DNA of 64,000 bases from a bacterium (GCA_965218795.1 OZ244653.1:4480001-4544000); one strand, 5' to 3'. Shown: positions 10,271-20,214, counted from the first letter of the stretch. The notes: generated from the letters alone by a model not told the origin. Program-made: numbers and translations.

Positions 10271-10803
10271 ACGGGATTCGTCTCATGCCATGAGTCTTGA
10301 GGAGCCTGCCATCCTGCGCAAAAGACTTGGTCAGGCGTGAAATTCTCGGTTTTAGCTGTCAAAAAGCGCTCCCCCTTCGGCCGCAGGACGCCGTTGATGA
10401 CTTGCGTTTTCGCTCCGGCAAGTTCTACGAGGCGCTCTACTGTGTACCCGTGATCATCCTTTCCTCCGCCGAACTTCTCTTCCTGGGGACCGAGCCGATC
10501 GCTGTCAACGAGGGTTGATATTTCCGTGTCGATGATTGCACCGCAGCGCATGGGGCAGGGCTCGCATGAAGAATAGAGCGTACAATCCGAGAGGGATAGG
10601 GTCTGAAGGATGCTTGTGGCTTCTCCGATGACGCCGGTTTCGGCTTGGTCCGTCGCATTGCCGGTGCAGTATTCGGTGCTCCGGGCCCTGCAAACCACTT
10701 CCCCGTTGCGGACGATGACGGCCCCGAAGGGATCCTCACCAGAATACAAGCCGGTCCGCGCCTCCTCAATGGCCATCGCCATATACTTTTCGTGGTCGCT
10801 CAC
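10267..10803 (-). CDS. nucleoside/guanine deaminase family protein with degenerate Zn motifs
   Basis: 'MAMAIEEA..PFGAVIV' and 'LYSSCEPC' are present, but HAE reads QAE and PCxxC reads PCPMRC. Confidence 0.75.
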   Translation of the reverse strand: MSDHEKYMAMAIEEARTGLYSGEDPFGAVIVRNGEVVCRARSTEYCTGNATDQAETGVIGEATSILQTLSLSDCTLYSSCEPCPMRCGAIIDTEISTLVDSDRLGPQEEKFGGGKDDHGYTVERLVELAGAKTQVINGVLRPKGERFLTAKTENFTPDQVFCAGWQAPQDSWHETNPV

Positions 10804-10870
10804 TTCTTTTCTTCCATCGGCTTTCGGTGAATGGCCCTGATTTCCGGGCGGCAAATATCTCGGGAATGGT

Positions 10871-11965
10871 TCAATTTCCCGCTCGGGCGGCTTCGGCCCT
10901 CCGGCCCCAAACCAATCGATGATGGGAAAGGATGTCTCCCCCCAAAAGGAAGAACAGGATCAATGCCTGGATGATCAAGACGATGTTGATGGGGAGGTTC
11001 ATGACGATCTGCAACGCCTCACCGCCGACATAAAGGCTGCCGAAGAACAATGAGACCAGCACGACGCCCCATGGGTGCCGCCGGGCCAGCCAGGCCACAA
11101 TGATCGCCGTGTATCCATAAGGGGCGTTGGGAGGGGAAATCCCCCGCAGCAGCCGATACTGAATTCCGGTCACCTCCACCATTCCGGCGAGACCGGCAAG
11201 GCCGCCGCTGATCAACATGACCAGAATCACGTTTCGCACAGTAAACATGCCGGCGTACCGTGCAGTCTTCGGACTTTCCCCCATGACCGATATTTCATAT
11301 CCCCAGCGGCTCCGCTCCTGGAGGAGGTACAGGATCCCAGCGGCGGCGATGGCAAAGGGGAACCCCAGATGGACGCGGGTGTCGCCAAACCGGAAGAGCT
11401 GCGCACCCTCTGGAAATTCCTTCGTCACGGGAAAGTTGAAAGTGAGAGGGTCCTTCCATGGACCGTAGACCAGAAAATCCACCCACAGGATGGCCACGTA
11501 ATTCAAGAGAAGCGTTGTGATGATCTCATTGACGTTCAGCTTGATCTTCAGGATGGCGGGAATCAGCGCCCACAGGGCTCCGGCGATCATCCCCGCGACC
11601 ACCATGACGGGGACCATCGCCCAGGACGAGCCTTCCCACCCCGTCAGGACGACCCATGTGGCGGCGAACGCGCCCATGTGAAGCTGGCCTTCGGCCCCGA
11701 TATTCCAAATGAGCATTTTGAATGACAGCATCACCCCCAGTCCACAGAGCATGAGGGGTGTCGCCACCACCAGAATCTCCGACAACCCTTGTGTGTTGCC
11801 GAAGGTTTCCATGAACATCTCGCGGTAGGCCGCGATGGGGTCCACTCCGGCCACCAACAGAATGATGGCGCCAACCAGTATTCCCAGAGTCACGGACACC
11901 AGCGGAATCGCCCACCCCAGAGAGCGTGATCGCTCCAACCGCGTTTCCAAACGAATGGATGGCAT
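10871..11965 (-). CDS. nucleoside/sugar ABC transporter permease
   Basis: Motifs WNIGAEGQ, NVNEIITTLLLN and GYTAIIVAWLA. Multiple TM segments. Confidence 0.92.
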   Translation of the reverse strand: MPSIRLETRLERSRSLGWAIPLVSVTLGILVGAIILLVAGVDPIAAYREMFMETFGNTQGLSEILVVATPLMLCGLGVMLSFKMLIWNIGAEGQLHMGAFAATWVVLTGWEGSSWAMVPVMVVAGMIAGALWALIPAILKIKLNVNEIITTLLLNYVAILWVDFLVYGPWKDPLTFNFPVTKEFPEGAQLFRFGDTRVHLGFPFAIAAAGILYLLQERSRWGYEISVMGESPKTARYAGMFTVRNVILVMLISGGLAGLAGMVEVTGIQYRLLRGISPPNAPYGYTAIIVAWLARRHPWGVVLVSLFFGSLYVGGEALQIVMNLPINIVLIIQALILFFLLGGDILSHHRLVWGRRAEAARAGN

Positions 11966-12235
11966 GGCCGTTCTCTTCCCCGCGAATCATTGCGGGTCAC
12001 CTTCGGATCCGTACATCCCGCGACGTCCTCGTCTTTGCATCCCGGAACCCGCGGAGACTTCCCGAACGAAGGACACACGTCTCCCTATCGGTTGTCACCT
12101 GAACAGTATGAAACCCAGAGTCTGTTTCGGATCCTGCCAATTCGATGACTGGATGCAGCCTTCGCCATCCCGCGACGGCGCCCCGATTCCTCACAAAGCG
12201 GGTAACTCTCGAGATCGGTCAGGCCGTAAGCCGGC

Positions 12236-13324
12236 TCAGGGAAGCGTTCCCTGGATTCCTTCCAGCAGATAGTCCATCGTGGCAAGCGCCTTTCCCTTGG
12301 CCCTTTCGCCGGCGGCAACCCGGACTTTTCCTTTGTGGTCCTTGAGGGGGCCATGAAAGACATCGAAGTCGGGCGAGGCCAGTCTTTTCCGCTCCGAATC
12401 CACCAGTTCCCGGACTTCCTTCGGGACGACAGGATTCAACGGGGCAATGCCCACAGCGCCTTTTTCCAATCCCCAAAAGATGGGCTGGCTCTTCCATGTG
12501 CCGTTGAGGACGGCTTTTGTCATGCCCTCGTAAATGACTCCCCAATTGAAGATGGCGGCCGTCAGGTGTCCCTTGGGGGCGAACCGGCTCATGTCCCAGT
12601 TATAGCCGATAGCATATTTTTTCCGGTTTTCGGCCGCCTGAACCGGGGCCGGAGAATCCTGGTGCTGAGTGACGACATCGACGCCCACGTCGAAGAGGCT
12701 GTCCGCCGCGTCGCGGGACTTCGCCGGGTCGTACCACGCCTGGGTGAATATGACGCGGACTTTCGCGCACGGATTCGCCTTGCGGACACCCAGGGCGAAT
12801 CCGTTGATCCCCCGCAGAACTGTCGGGTAAGGATGGGCGGCAACGTAGCCAATCCGGTTGGAACGGGTCATTTTTCCCGCGACGAGCCCGGTCAGGTAGC
12901 GGGCCTGATATTCCCTGCCCCAATAGGACGCCACGTTCTTCGATTGCTTCCAGCCGGAGGCGTCCATGAAGACCAGCTTGGGGTATCGTTTCCCGACACG
13001 GATCATCGCATCCTGATAATCAAAGGTATTCCCGAAAAATAACCTGAAGCCCCGGCGGATGTATGTCTTCAAGACCCGCTCCGTATCGCCCCGCGCCACG
13101 TTTTCGGTGTAGGCGGTCTCTACTTCGGAAATATTCTTCGCCATGTAACGGCGGCCTATGTCATGGGCCAGGTTGTACCCGGAATCCCCGACCACGCCAA
13201 GGTAGATGAACGCCACCTTCAGCTTCTTGTCGGCAGCTTCTGATTGAGTGCCGGCGAGATAGGACAGCGGTAGGAGAATCAGCGACAGGACAACCAGAAA
13301 TCCAAGGATTCTTTTCCGGACCAT
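12236..13324 (-). CDS. BMP family ABC substrate-binding protein (purine nucleoside type)
   Basis: Motifs 'LKVAFIYLG.VGDSGYN.AHD.GR', 'WYDP' and 'DVVTQHQDSP'. Confidence 0.92.
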   Translation of the reverse strand: MVRKRILGFLVVLSLILLPLSYLAGTQSEAADKKLKVAFIYLGVVGDSGYNLAHDIGRRYMAKNISEVETAYTENVARGDTERVLKTYIRRGFRLFFGNTFDYQDAMIRVGKRYPKLVFMDASGWKQSKNVASYWGREYQARYLTGLVAGKMTRSNRIGYVAAHPYPTVLRGINGFALGVRKANPCAKVRVIFTQAWYDPAKSRDAADSLFDVGVDVVTQHQDSPAPVQAAENRKKYAIGYNWDMSRFAPKGHLTAAIFNWGVIYEGMTKAVLNGTWKSQPIFWGLEKGAVGIAPLNPVVPKEVRELVDSERKRLASPDFDVFHGPLKDHKGKVRVAAGERAKGKALATMDYLLEGIQGTLP

Positions 13325-13568
13325 TTTTAGCTACCCTCCCTCCCATTGAAAAAAATCGACGCGCCGGGCTTCCCCTACCAGTCAGGCGCCTTGCCCTCCC
13401 TGCGATCAGACGAAGACCCCTTCCGGGTGAACGCACAGAGAATTTCGGAATTTCATCTGACCAATGGGCTTGTTACAGATTAACAGAGGCATAATTTTAT
13501 GTATACGATTTACGATCTGATAATCATTGGCATTTCATCCGGATGGAGACCCTGCGGAGGTTGCCGCA

Positions 13569-13830
13569 ATGAACAGTGCGGCGAGAAACGCCAAGGGTGC
13601 AGGGGACCGGAGATCGCACTGGGCCGACATCCCCTGCACGTTGGACGAGGGGCCGTCGCCCAGGGCGGCCATCGGCCTCATGGTGCTCACCGCGGACATA
13701 GTGATCGAGGGCGAGATGCGCGCATTTCTGCCAAGGGAGAGGGTGTCTCTCTATACCGCCCGTATCCACAAGGACCTCGGTAAGCCTGTGGTGACGATCA
13801 CGCAGGCGCTCGCGTGGCACTTGCCTGCGT
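13569..13830 (+). pseudogene. maleate isomerase/Asp-Glu racemase family remnant with large internal deletion
   Basis: The N-terminal motif 'RAAIGLMVLTADIVIEGE..LYTARI' is joined directly to the family's C-terminal motif 'LGKPVVT..QALAWH'. Confidence 0.65.
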
Positions 13831-14014
13831 CTGACCGGGTTCGAAGAACCGGTGAGGGGATTCGGCCGGCTGTTGACCATTTAGCCGGCGGGCTCGGTGG
13901 GCGCTCGGACGGGTCGGTGAAGGAAATGCATGACCTCGTGACCGCGGCGGTGATGAATGCAAGCTATCCGTTCTTTGTCAGGAAGATCACGGACAGTCGG
14001 GTCCTGCTTGGCCG

Positions 14015-14956
14015 CTATCCGGAAGGCTGACTGGGCGCCGCTTCCATCAGCCCGAGGAGACGGGCGGCATTGTTCCCCAGAATGTTCTCGATGTCCTCCC
14101 GGTCGATTTCGGGCAGACCCAGCCGGTTTGCCGTCTCATTGATCCGCTCGTACGTCGCCATGAAGTTTTTCGGGATGCACAGACGGTACTCGCTGCCGTA
14201 GAGAACCCGGTCGAGTCCGACCAGATCCCGGCACATGAGAAGCGCCCGGAGGAGCGTCTCCGGCGGAAGGGTGCACCAGTAAGCCATCTCCGCATAGAAA
14301 TTGGGATGCTTGGCCACCAGGCACACCCCTTCCTCCCACCAGGGCCATCCGGTATGCGCTACGATCACCTTCATCTCCGGAAATTGGATGCCGACCGGGT
14401 CCAGCAGGCGGGGGGGTTGAAACTTCATTGGAGCGTTCACGCTCGGGGTCCATCCCATGTGGAACTGGACGTAGATGCCGTACTGGATCGCCCGCTCGTA
14501 CAGCGGATACACGTAGGGGTCCCCGGGATCGAAGTGGCAGTATGTCGGCATGAGCTTCAGAGCCTTCATCCCCAGCTCGTTGATGCACCGGTCCAGCTCG
14601 TCGAGGGCCTCGGCGATTCCGCGCATGGGGTCGACGCCCGCGATCGCAATGAGTTTGTCGGGATGAGCCCGGGCGAGGCCCGCGACGTAATCATTGGGCA
14701 CGTGGGGGTTCGGCTTTTCAGGGCCGGGTGAGGCGCGCCGGAAATCGTAGGCCATGATGCACGACCGGTCCAGTCCGGCCTCTTCCATGTCCCGTAGAAG
14801 GGTTTCCGGCCGGACGGGCTCCCGGGTGACGGGCCGCTCTCGGCGCTTTCCATCGGCGTCGTACGTGTACTTCCAGGGACGGTACAACTCCTGACCCCAC
14901 CAGACCGGGATGTGGTTGGGGACCTCGCCGACGTGGACGTGGACGTCGATTCGCAT
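14015..14956 (-). CDS. amidohydrolase-2 family metal-dependent hydrolase
   Basis: Motifs RIDVHVH, PNDYVA, QFHMG, IVAHTGWPW and RVLYGSE. Confidence 0.88.
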   Translation of the reverse strand: MRIDVHVHVGEVPNHIPVWWGQELYRPWKYTYDADGKRRERPVTREPVRPETLLRDMEEAGLDRSCIMAYDFRRASPGPEKPNPHVPNDYVAGLARAHPDKLIAIAGVDPMRGIAEALDELDRCINELGMKALKLMPTYCHFDPGDPYVYPLYERAIQYGIYVQFHMGWTPSVNAPMKFQPPRLLDPVGIQFPEMKVIVAHTGWPWWEEGVCLVAKHPNFYAEMAYWCTLPPETLLRALLMCRDLVGLDRVLYGSEYRLCIPKNFMATYERINETANRLGLPEIDREDIENILGNNAARLLGLMEAAPSQPSG

Positions 14957-15385
14957 CGGCCATCCTCCGTGCAGATGTTTCTGAAAAGGCATTTATCATA
15001 TCATTCTATTCTGTTTCCAGGCTTGAGGGCGGCGGGGTCATCCTGATGGATGCATCAGACATTCTGACCTGGGTTGCCGATTGCCTGAACGGCGGGAAGG
15101 AGCACGAGCGGATGGAAGGCGACGCCCTGGCCGGGATTGGGCCCGAATTGCAGTCACGGAGTGTGCTTGGCGCAGCTCCGCGGCCGACAAAACGCCATGC
15201 GGGCGCGTAGAAGTCGCCTGCGATGGTTCCCACTATATTTCGTGATTCGGTACAATAACCCGCATCTGAGGCATTTGTTCGTCGCAGAGAGGTGTCAGGT
15301 ATCCCTCCAGCGGTTGGCCCACCGCCCGAAGGCGTGCGGGTCGCTGCGCGGCGGTTGCAGGAAGGGAGAGAGAGCATGAAGATTT

Positions 15386-15872
15386 GTGGGGGTGATCAAC
15401 CGTTCTGATTTCACCCATTGGGGGCCGACGCCGAGCACAGCCAGCCCTGAGTACGGCGACTGGGTCAAAGGCGCCCGCTCGTTCGGCAAAGCAGTCTGGG
15501 AAATCCTCGGAGAGCGGATAAGCCCGCAGATTGTCTTCGAGCGCCCGGTCGAGTCAATGCTTCCCACATTTTGTTTTGTATGCGCAACGGGAGGGATGGT
15601 CGTCATCTGTGCGGGAACCACCGGCGACAATGTGACAATGGAGCTCCGTTGCCACTGGATACGCCAGAAACGATTTCAAGGGAGCCGCTTGTCCAACGAT
15701 GAGGAGGCGGCTGCAGTCAATCGGCTGGTCAGCGATCGGAAAATCGATCCCTGCATGTGCCGGGTCTTTTTTTGATGAGATTGGCGAGGCTCATCAATGA
15801 ATGTATGAGACTCGTCATCCTTACGGGAACATGGCCGCCTTCGTGAATGCATTCGGGTTCAAGCAGGGATAA
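15386..15872 (+). pseudogene. ccr: crotonyl-CoA carboxylase/reductase C-terminal remnant
   Basis: 'GVINRSDFTHWG...CAGTTG...WIRQKRFQGS...IDPCM' followed by 'HPYGNMAAFVN'. Frameshift at T7 (15767-15773), internal TGA at 15798, N-terminal part missing. Confidence 0.8.
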
Positions 15873-15905
15873 AGGCGGTTACGCCCATTGGCCGAGGGAA
15901 ACGAA

Positions 15906-16263
15906 ATGGCTTACCAATTCCTGATCTACGAGAAGATCGATGCTGTGCTCCGAATTAGGCTGAACCGCCCCGAGGTGTTAAACGCGCTGAACCTCGGCCT
16001 CAAGCGTGAGCTGGAGGCGGCTCTTGACGAAGCGGTCGCCGATGATGCGATTCGGGCGATCATCCTGACCGGTGCGGGCCGGGCGTTCTCCGCCGGGTAC
16101 GACATCAACGTGTCCGGAAGGACAACCTTGCCGACCGTGGAAGAATGGCGCGACAAGCTGCGGGATCACCTCGATAATCTGATGAAGATATGGGACTGTA
16201 GGAAACCGGTCATCGCGGCGGTGAACGGATATGCCGTGGGCGGTGGGATGGAGTTGTGCATGG
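15906..16263 (+). pseudogene. enoyl-CoA hydratase/isomerase, truncated by IS
   Basis: Motifs LNRPEVLNA, GRAFSAGYD and KPVIAAVNGYAVGGG. The reading frame runs into the IS left end and no C-terminal half follows the IS. Confidence 0.88.
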
Positions 16264-16332
16264 TGACCTGCCCCCTTCAAACGGGTCCAGTTTATAAATG
16301 AGTATTCCTGGATTTTCGGAAGGAGGGGAAGG

Positions 16333-16611
16333 ATGGCAAGGAAGCGGTTTACGGCCGAGCAGATCATCATCAAGCTGCGAGAGGCGGAGGTGGCCCAGTC
16401 CCAGGGGAAGACGGTAGGCCAGGTGTGCAAGCAGATCGGGGTGACGGAGCAAACCTACTACCGGTGGAGGAAGGAGTACGGGGGTCTGAGGATGGACCAG
16501 GCCAAGCGTCTGAAGTCCCTGGAGCAGGAGAATGCCCGGCTGAAGAAGCTGGTGGCGGATCTGTCCCTGGACAACCAGCTCCTGAAGGAAGTCTCCTCGG
16601 GAAACTTCTAA
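16333..16611 (+). CDS. IS3 transposase OrfA (HTH)
   Basis: 'MARKRFTAEQII..LRE...TYYRWRKEYGG...ENARLKKLVADL'. Confidence 0.93.
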   Translation: MARKRFTAEQIIIKLREAEVAQSQGKTVGQVCKQIGVTEQTYYRWRKEYGGLRMDQAKRLKSLEQENARLKKLVADLSLDNQLLKEVSSGNF

Positions 16612-17504
16612 GCCCGGCGAAGCGGAGACGAGTCGTGGTATGGGTCAGAGAGCGATTCGGGCCTGAGCGAGTCTCCGAGCGTCGGGCCTGCCGCGTGCTG
16701 GGACAGGCCAGATCGACCCAACGAAGAATCCCGCAGTTCCCCAAGGAAGAGGCGCAACTGGTGATCCGGATGGTGGAACTGGCCAGTCAGTACGGCCGAT
16801 ACGGCTACCGGAGGATCACGGCCATGCTTCGTTGGGAGGGGTGGAAGGTGAACCACAAGCGCGTGGAAAGGCTCTGGAGGCAGGAGGGGCTGAAGGTCCC
16901 GTCCAGACAGCCGAAACGCAGGAGACTGTGGCTCCATGACGGCTCTTGCGTGCGCCTGAGACCGACTCATCGGAACCATGTCTGGAGCTATGACTTCATG
17001 CATGAGCGCACCCAAGAAGGGAGGGCTTTCCGGCTGCTGACCATTTTGGATGAGTACAGCCGAGAATGTATATCCATTGATGTCCAAAGGCAGATGAATC
17101 ACCAGGATGTGCTGGAGCGGTTGGCAGAGTTGTTTGTGGGCCGGGGCGTCCCTGAATACCTCCGGTCAGATAACGGGTCGGAGTTCACAGCGAGGGTGGT
17201 CAGGCACTGGCTCAAGGCGGTTGGCGTGAGGACATTGTATATCGAGCCAGGGAGTCCCTGGGAGAACGGATATGTGGAGAGTTTCAACGGGAAGCTGAGG
17301 GATGAGCTCCTGAACGTGGAGAGCTTCGAGACCCTGAAAGAGGCCCAGGTGCTGGTGGAGAGGTGGAGGCGGGAGTACAACCAGCGACGGCCTCACAGTG
17401 CCTTGGCCTACCGGCCACCCGCACCAGAGGCCAGATTCCCAAGAACCCAAGCCCTGGCGCCGGTTCCCCGGAGTGGACTGCAAAGGGTCCCGTGTCTAAC
17501 GTAG
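16599..17504 (+). CDS. IS3 transposase OrfB (DDE), expressed via -1 frameshift
   Basis: Motifs WSYDF, RSDNGSEF and SPWENGYVESFNG. Slippery G GGA AAC at 16599-16605; OrfB is in the -1 frame. Confidence 0.92.
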   Translation, partial: GKLLSPAKRRRVVVWVRERFGPERVSERRACRVLGQARSTQRRIPQFPKEEAQLVIRMVELASQYGRYGYRRITAMLRWEGWKVNHKRVERLWRQEGLKVPSRQPKRRRLWLHDGSCVRLRPTHRNHVWSYDFMHERTQEGRAFRLLTILDEYSRECISIDVQRQMNHQDVLERLAELFVGRGVPEYLRSDNGSEFTARVVRHWLKAVGVRTLYIEPGSPWENGYVESFNGKLRDELLNVESFETLKEAQVLVERWRREYNQRRPHSALAYRPPAPEARFPRTQALAPVPRSGLQRVPCLT

Positions 17505-17533
17505 CACGTGGTCTCGTTAGTGGGGGCAGGTCA

Positions 17534-19420
17534 CCGGGTTATCCCATGTTTCTGGTTCCGTTCTATTGGCTGTTCGGCCGTGTCCAGCTACCCGTCTATC
17601 TGGCTCAGGCGCTGCTCCACGCCGGAGCCGCCCTCATGATTTATTTCCTGGTGGTGCGGACCTTTTCCTCCCGCGCCGCATATCTTTCGGCCCTGCTGGT
17701 CGCCCTGAATCCCTTGACCGCAGTCTATGTTCCCACGATCCTGGTAGAGCCGCTCTCCTTGTTCGTCACGACGCTCTCCGTTTGCCTGTTTCTCCGCGTG
17801 GTTGACCGTCCGACTGCACTCCGGGCGGCCATCCTTGGGGTTGTTGTCGGTTACGGCGCCCTGGTCCGGCCGCCCATGCTCTTATTTTCGTTTTTTCTTT
17901 TCCTGTGTGCCTGGGTGGCTGCCGGCCGGTTCCGCGGGCTGATCAAGGCCTTTTTCATATCCCACGCGGTCTTTGCGGCGGTGATGACCCCTTGGGTCGT
18001 TCGAAACTACAGGATTTCCGGCGAATTCATCCCCCTGAGCATTGAGGCCCCGTTGCAGCTTTGGCTGGCCACACTCAATTACGGCCCTTACACCGACGCC
18101 TACTGGACCCATCCCCTCTACCCTTTGCAGCATTGGCTTGAGGCCGAACGAAGGAAGTTCTTGTTCGATCTGGTTCGCGAACCGTTTCCGTTGGAGGTGC
18201 GGGTCCATCGCCCAGGGCGCCTGCGCCCTATTCATGTTCATTATCAACTGAACGAACAAGGTCCATTCCGTGAGGTCCGGATGCGGGAGGTTTCCTCCGG
18301 CCGATTCAGAGCCGACATCCCGGGACAACCCTGGGGGACCAGCGTCCGGTATTTCTTCACTGTGAGAGACCCCGAGTTTCCTGACGAGAAGCTTCGCCTC
18401 CTGCCGGCAACCAAGGGAGCGATTTTCTACTACCGAGTGGCAAGAAACGCATTGGAGGATCTAGGAGAGGAGATCATCGACCTGAATTTCCTGTCCAAAC
18501 TGGCGAAGAACCTCACCGGCCGGCTGGTCGCCCCCGGTGTGAATGAGAAGGCGCTCGATTTAGACAAAGACGGGCTCTTAACCCAAAAGGACTTCGAGAA
18601 AGCCCTGGGACTCCTGTCCGGTGAGAATTCCCAATATATATTGAGACGGAGAGGTAGCCCCCTGCTGAAGCTCAGGTTTTCGGACGGAACACACCTTGAG
18701 GTGCCCGAGACCGCCGCGGGAGAATCGGTTTTTCCGTCGCTGGCGGAGAAGCGGACAACCGGAACGGCGCGTTTGGTGACCATGAAGGCGATAGTGCGGA
18801 AACAACGCCCGCGGGATCCTTCGGAGGAGGGGGCGGGCGTGTTGCCGCACTGCGATAGATTCTGGTTCTGGAGCCGCATTGATCCAGATATGCCCCCGAC
18901 GCTCAAGTCCCCGGAGTTAGACATTACACCTTGTTACTGGTACGCCGGTATCGAACCGGTCGCCCGGGAACTTCTCCGCTTCCGGGTGTACAACTTCCTC
19001 TTCTGGAACAATCTCCTGCGCATGCCCATGGAATATATCGGGGGAAGTCTCCTGCGCATGCCCAGGCTTTGGGTTGTTGTTGGGCGGGCCCAAGAATCCG
19101 GTCAAACCTATCTGACGGCCGGTGCGGGCTGGCTGTACCCCGCCTTGACTCTTGCGACCCTCCTGATGCTGGTGATGGCCCTGGCGGGATTCGCGGCGAC
19201 TTGGCGGACGTGGCGCGACCATTGGTACCTGGCAGCTCCGGTCATCTATATCTCGCTCGTCCATTCCCCCTTCCATCCTGAGGCCCGGTACTCCTTCCCG
19301 GGTAGGCCCTTCTTGCTTGTCTACTGCGCCATCGCCCTGATGTCCCTCTGGGAGATGTGGAAGGGGCGGCCACGCAGCCGCCCGGATGTTCCGGCTCCCC
19401 CTTCAGACAGTCCGCGTTGA
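17534..19420 (+). CDS. GT-C/ArnT-PMT-like membrane glycosyltransferase, probably N-terminally truncated by the IS, with a large soluble insertion
   Basis: Begins at PGYPMFL immediately after the IS end. Motifs 'LVEPL', 'LVRP', 'PWVVRNY' and C-terminal 'EARYSFP'. Confidence 0.7.
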   Translation, partial: PGYPMFLVPFYWLFGRVQLPVYLAQALLHAGAALMIYFLVVRTFSSRAAYLSALLVALNPLTAVYVPTILVEPLSLFVTTLSVCLFLRVVDRPTALRAAILGVVVGYGALVRPPMLLFSFFLFLCAWVAAGRFRGLIKAFFISHAVFAAVMTPWVVRNYRISGEFIPLSIEAPLQLWLATLNYGPYTDAYWTHPLYPLQHWLEAERRKFLFDLVREPFPLEVRVHRPGRLRPIHVHYQLNEQGPFREVRMREVSSGRFRADIPGQPWGTSVRYFFTVRDPEFPDEKLRLLPATKGAIFYYRVARNALEDLGEEIIDLNFLSKLAKNLTGRLVAPGVNEKALDLDKDGLLTQKDFEKALGLLSGENSQYILRRRGSPLLKLRFSDGTHLEVPETAAGESVFPSLAEKRTTGTARLVTMKAIVRKQRPRDPSEEGAGVLPHCDRFWFWSRIDPDMPPTLKSPELDITPCYWYAGIEPVARELLRFRVYNFLFWNNLLRMPMEYIGGSLLRMPRLWVVVGRAQESGQTYLTAGAGWLYPALTLATLLMLVMALAGFAATWRTWRDHWYLAAPVIYISLVHSPFHPEARYSFPGRPFLLVYCAIALMSLWEMWKGRPRSRPDVPAPPSDSPR

Positions 19421-19465
19421 CGGGGGACGTCTTCCAGCCTTTGAGTCCTGGTCTGCCGGCGATCC

Positions 19466-19494
19466 TTGACAGGGGGTGCCTCCTGACGTATGTT
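19466..19494 (+). promoter_or_regulatory. sigma70 promoter of the marR-upxY glycan operon
   Basis: TTGACA-17 bp-TATGTT. Confidence 0.7.
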
Positions 19495-19510
19495 CAACGC
19501 CTGCATTAGG

Positions 19511-19529
19511 TCGTTCATGAATTGAACGA
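19511..19529. promoter_or_regulatory. palindromic operator candidate
   Basis: Perfect 7-5-7 inverted repeat TCGTTCA-tgaat-TGAACGA just downstream of the promoter. Confidence 0.65.
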
Positions 19530-19623
19530 ACCCCGAAGGGCCGGATGGGAAGGCGCGAAAGAGGGGGGAACATCCTCAGCCTAAGAAGACGGGAGAGCGC
19601 TGGCTTTGGAAAAGTTCAAGCAT

Positions 19624-20214
19624 ATGAACTCCCAATCCCTTCGGGACTTGCATATCTTGACGGAGATTGAGGGGAGGAAGTCCGTCACGCAGAGGTCTCT
19701 GGCTACCCATTTGGGCATTGCGCTGGGGCTGGCGAATCTCTATGTCAAGCGATTGGTGAAGAAGGGTTACATCAAGGTCACGACGATCCCCAAGAACCGT
19801 GTCAAGTACCTGTTGACCCCCAGTGGGGTTGCTGCGAAAACCCGCCTAACCTATGAATACATGAGTTACTCCCTCCTCCAGTACCGACGGGCCCGCGAAC
19901 TCGTACGGGAACTTTTGAGTCCTCTGGCTCCGGAAGCGGGCAAGCGGATTGCCTTTTACGGGGTGGGCGAGGCGGCAGAGGTGGCTTACCTCTGGCTCAA
20001 GGAGATCGGTCTCGAGCCCTCCGCGGTTTTTGACGAAGGGGCCGGTGAAGAGTTCCTGGGAATTCCGGTAAGAACCCCGGAGAACCTGGTCCACGAGGAA
20101 TTTGATTCGATCATCTTAACTTCTCTGGGGAGCCGGAGAGTCACCAAGGACAGAGAAGATACGCTTCTGGCCTGGGGCGTGCCTCCAGAGAAAATTGTGT
20201 CCTTGCGGATGTGA
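19624..20214 (+). CDS. EPS-associated MarR-type winged-helix regulator with C-terminal Rossmann-like domain
   Basis: 'TQRSLA..LGIALGLANLYVKRLVKKGYIK...YLLTPSG...KTRLT'; C-terminal 'IAFYGVGE'. Confidence 0.85.
   Translation: MNSQSLRDLHILTEIEGRKSVTQRSLATHLGIALGLANLYVKRLVKKGYIKVTTIPKNRVKYLLTPSGVAAKTRLTYEYMSYSLLQYRRARELVRELLSPLAPEAGKRIAFYGVGEAAEVAYLWLKEIGLEPSAVFDEGAGEEFLGIPVRTPENLVHEEFDSIILTSLGSRRVTKDREDTLLAWGVPPEKIVSLRM

Larger units (their letters stand above)
16264..17533 (+). mobile_element. IS3-family insertion sequence, 1270 bp
   Basis: Terminal inverted repeats TGACCTGCCCCC...GGGGGCAGGTCA (TG...CA ends) and orfA/orfB organisation. No target-site duplication. Confidence 0.95.

Noticed and set aside
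15006-15385. Short ORFs between the amidohydrolase and the ccr remnant
   Set aside because: No recognisable family, RBS or consistent frame.
16425-16598. 5' part of the 359-aa transposase ORF
   Set aside because: It overlaps orfA out of frame; OrfB is reached through the -1 frameshift.
17363-17533. Apparent N-terminus of the 685-aa ORF
   Set aside because: It lies inside the IS right end and is not part of the native glycosyltransferase.
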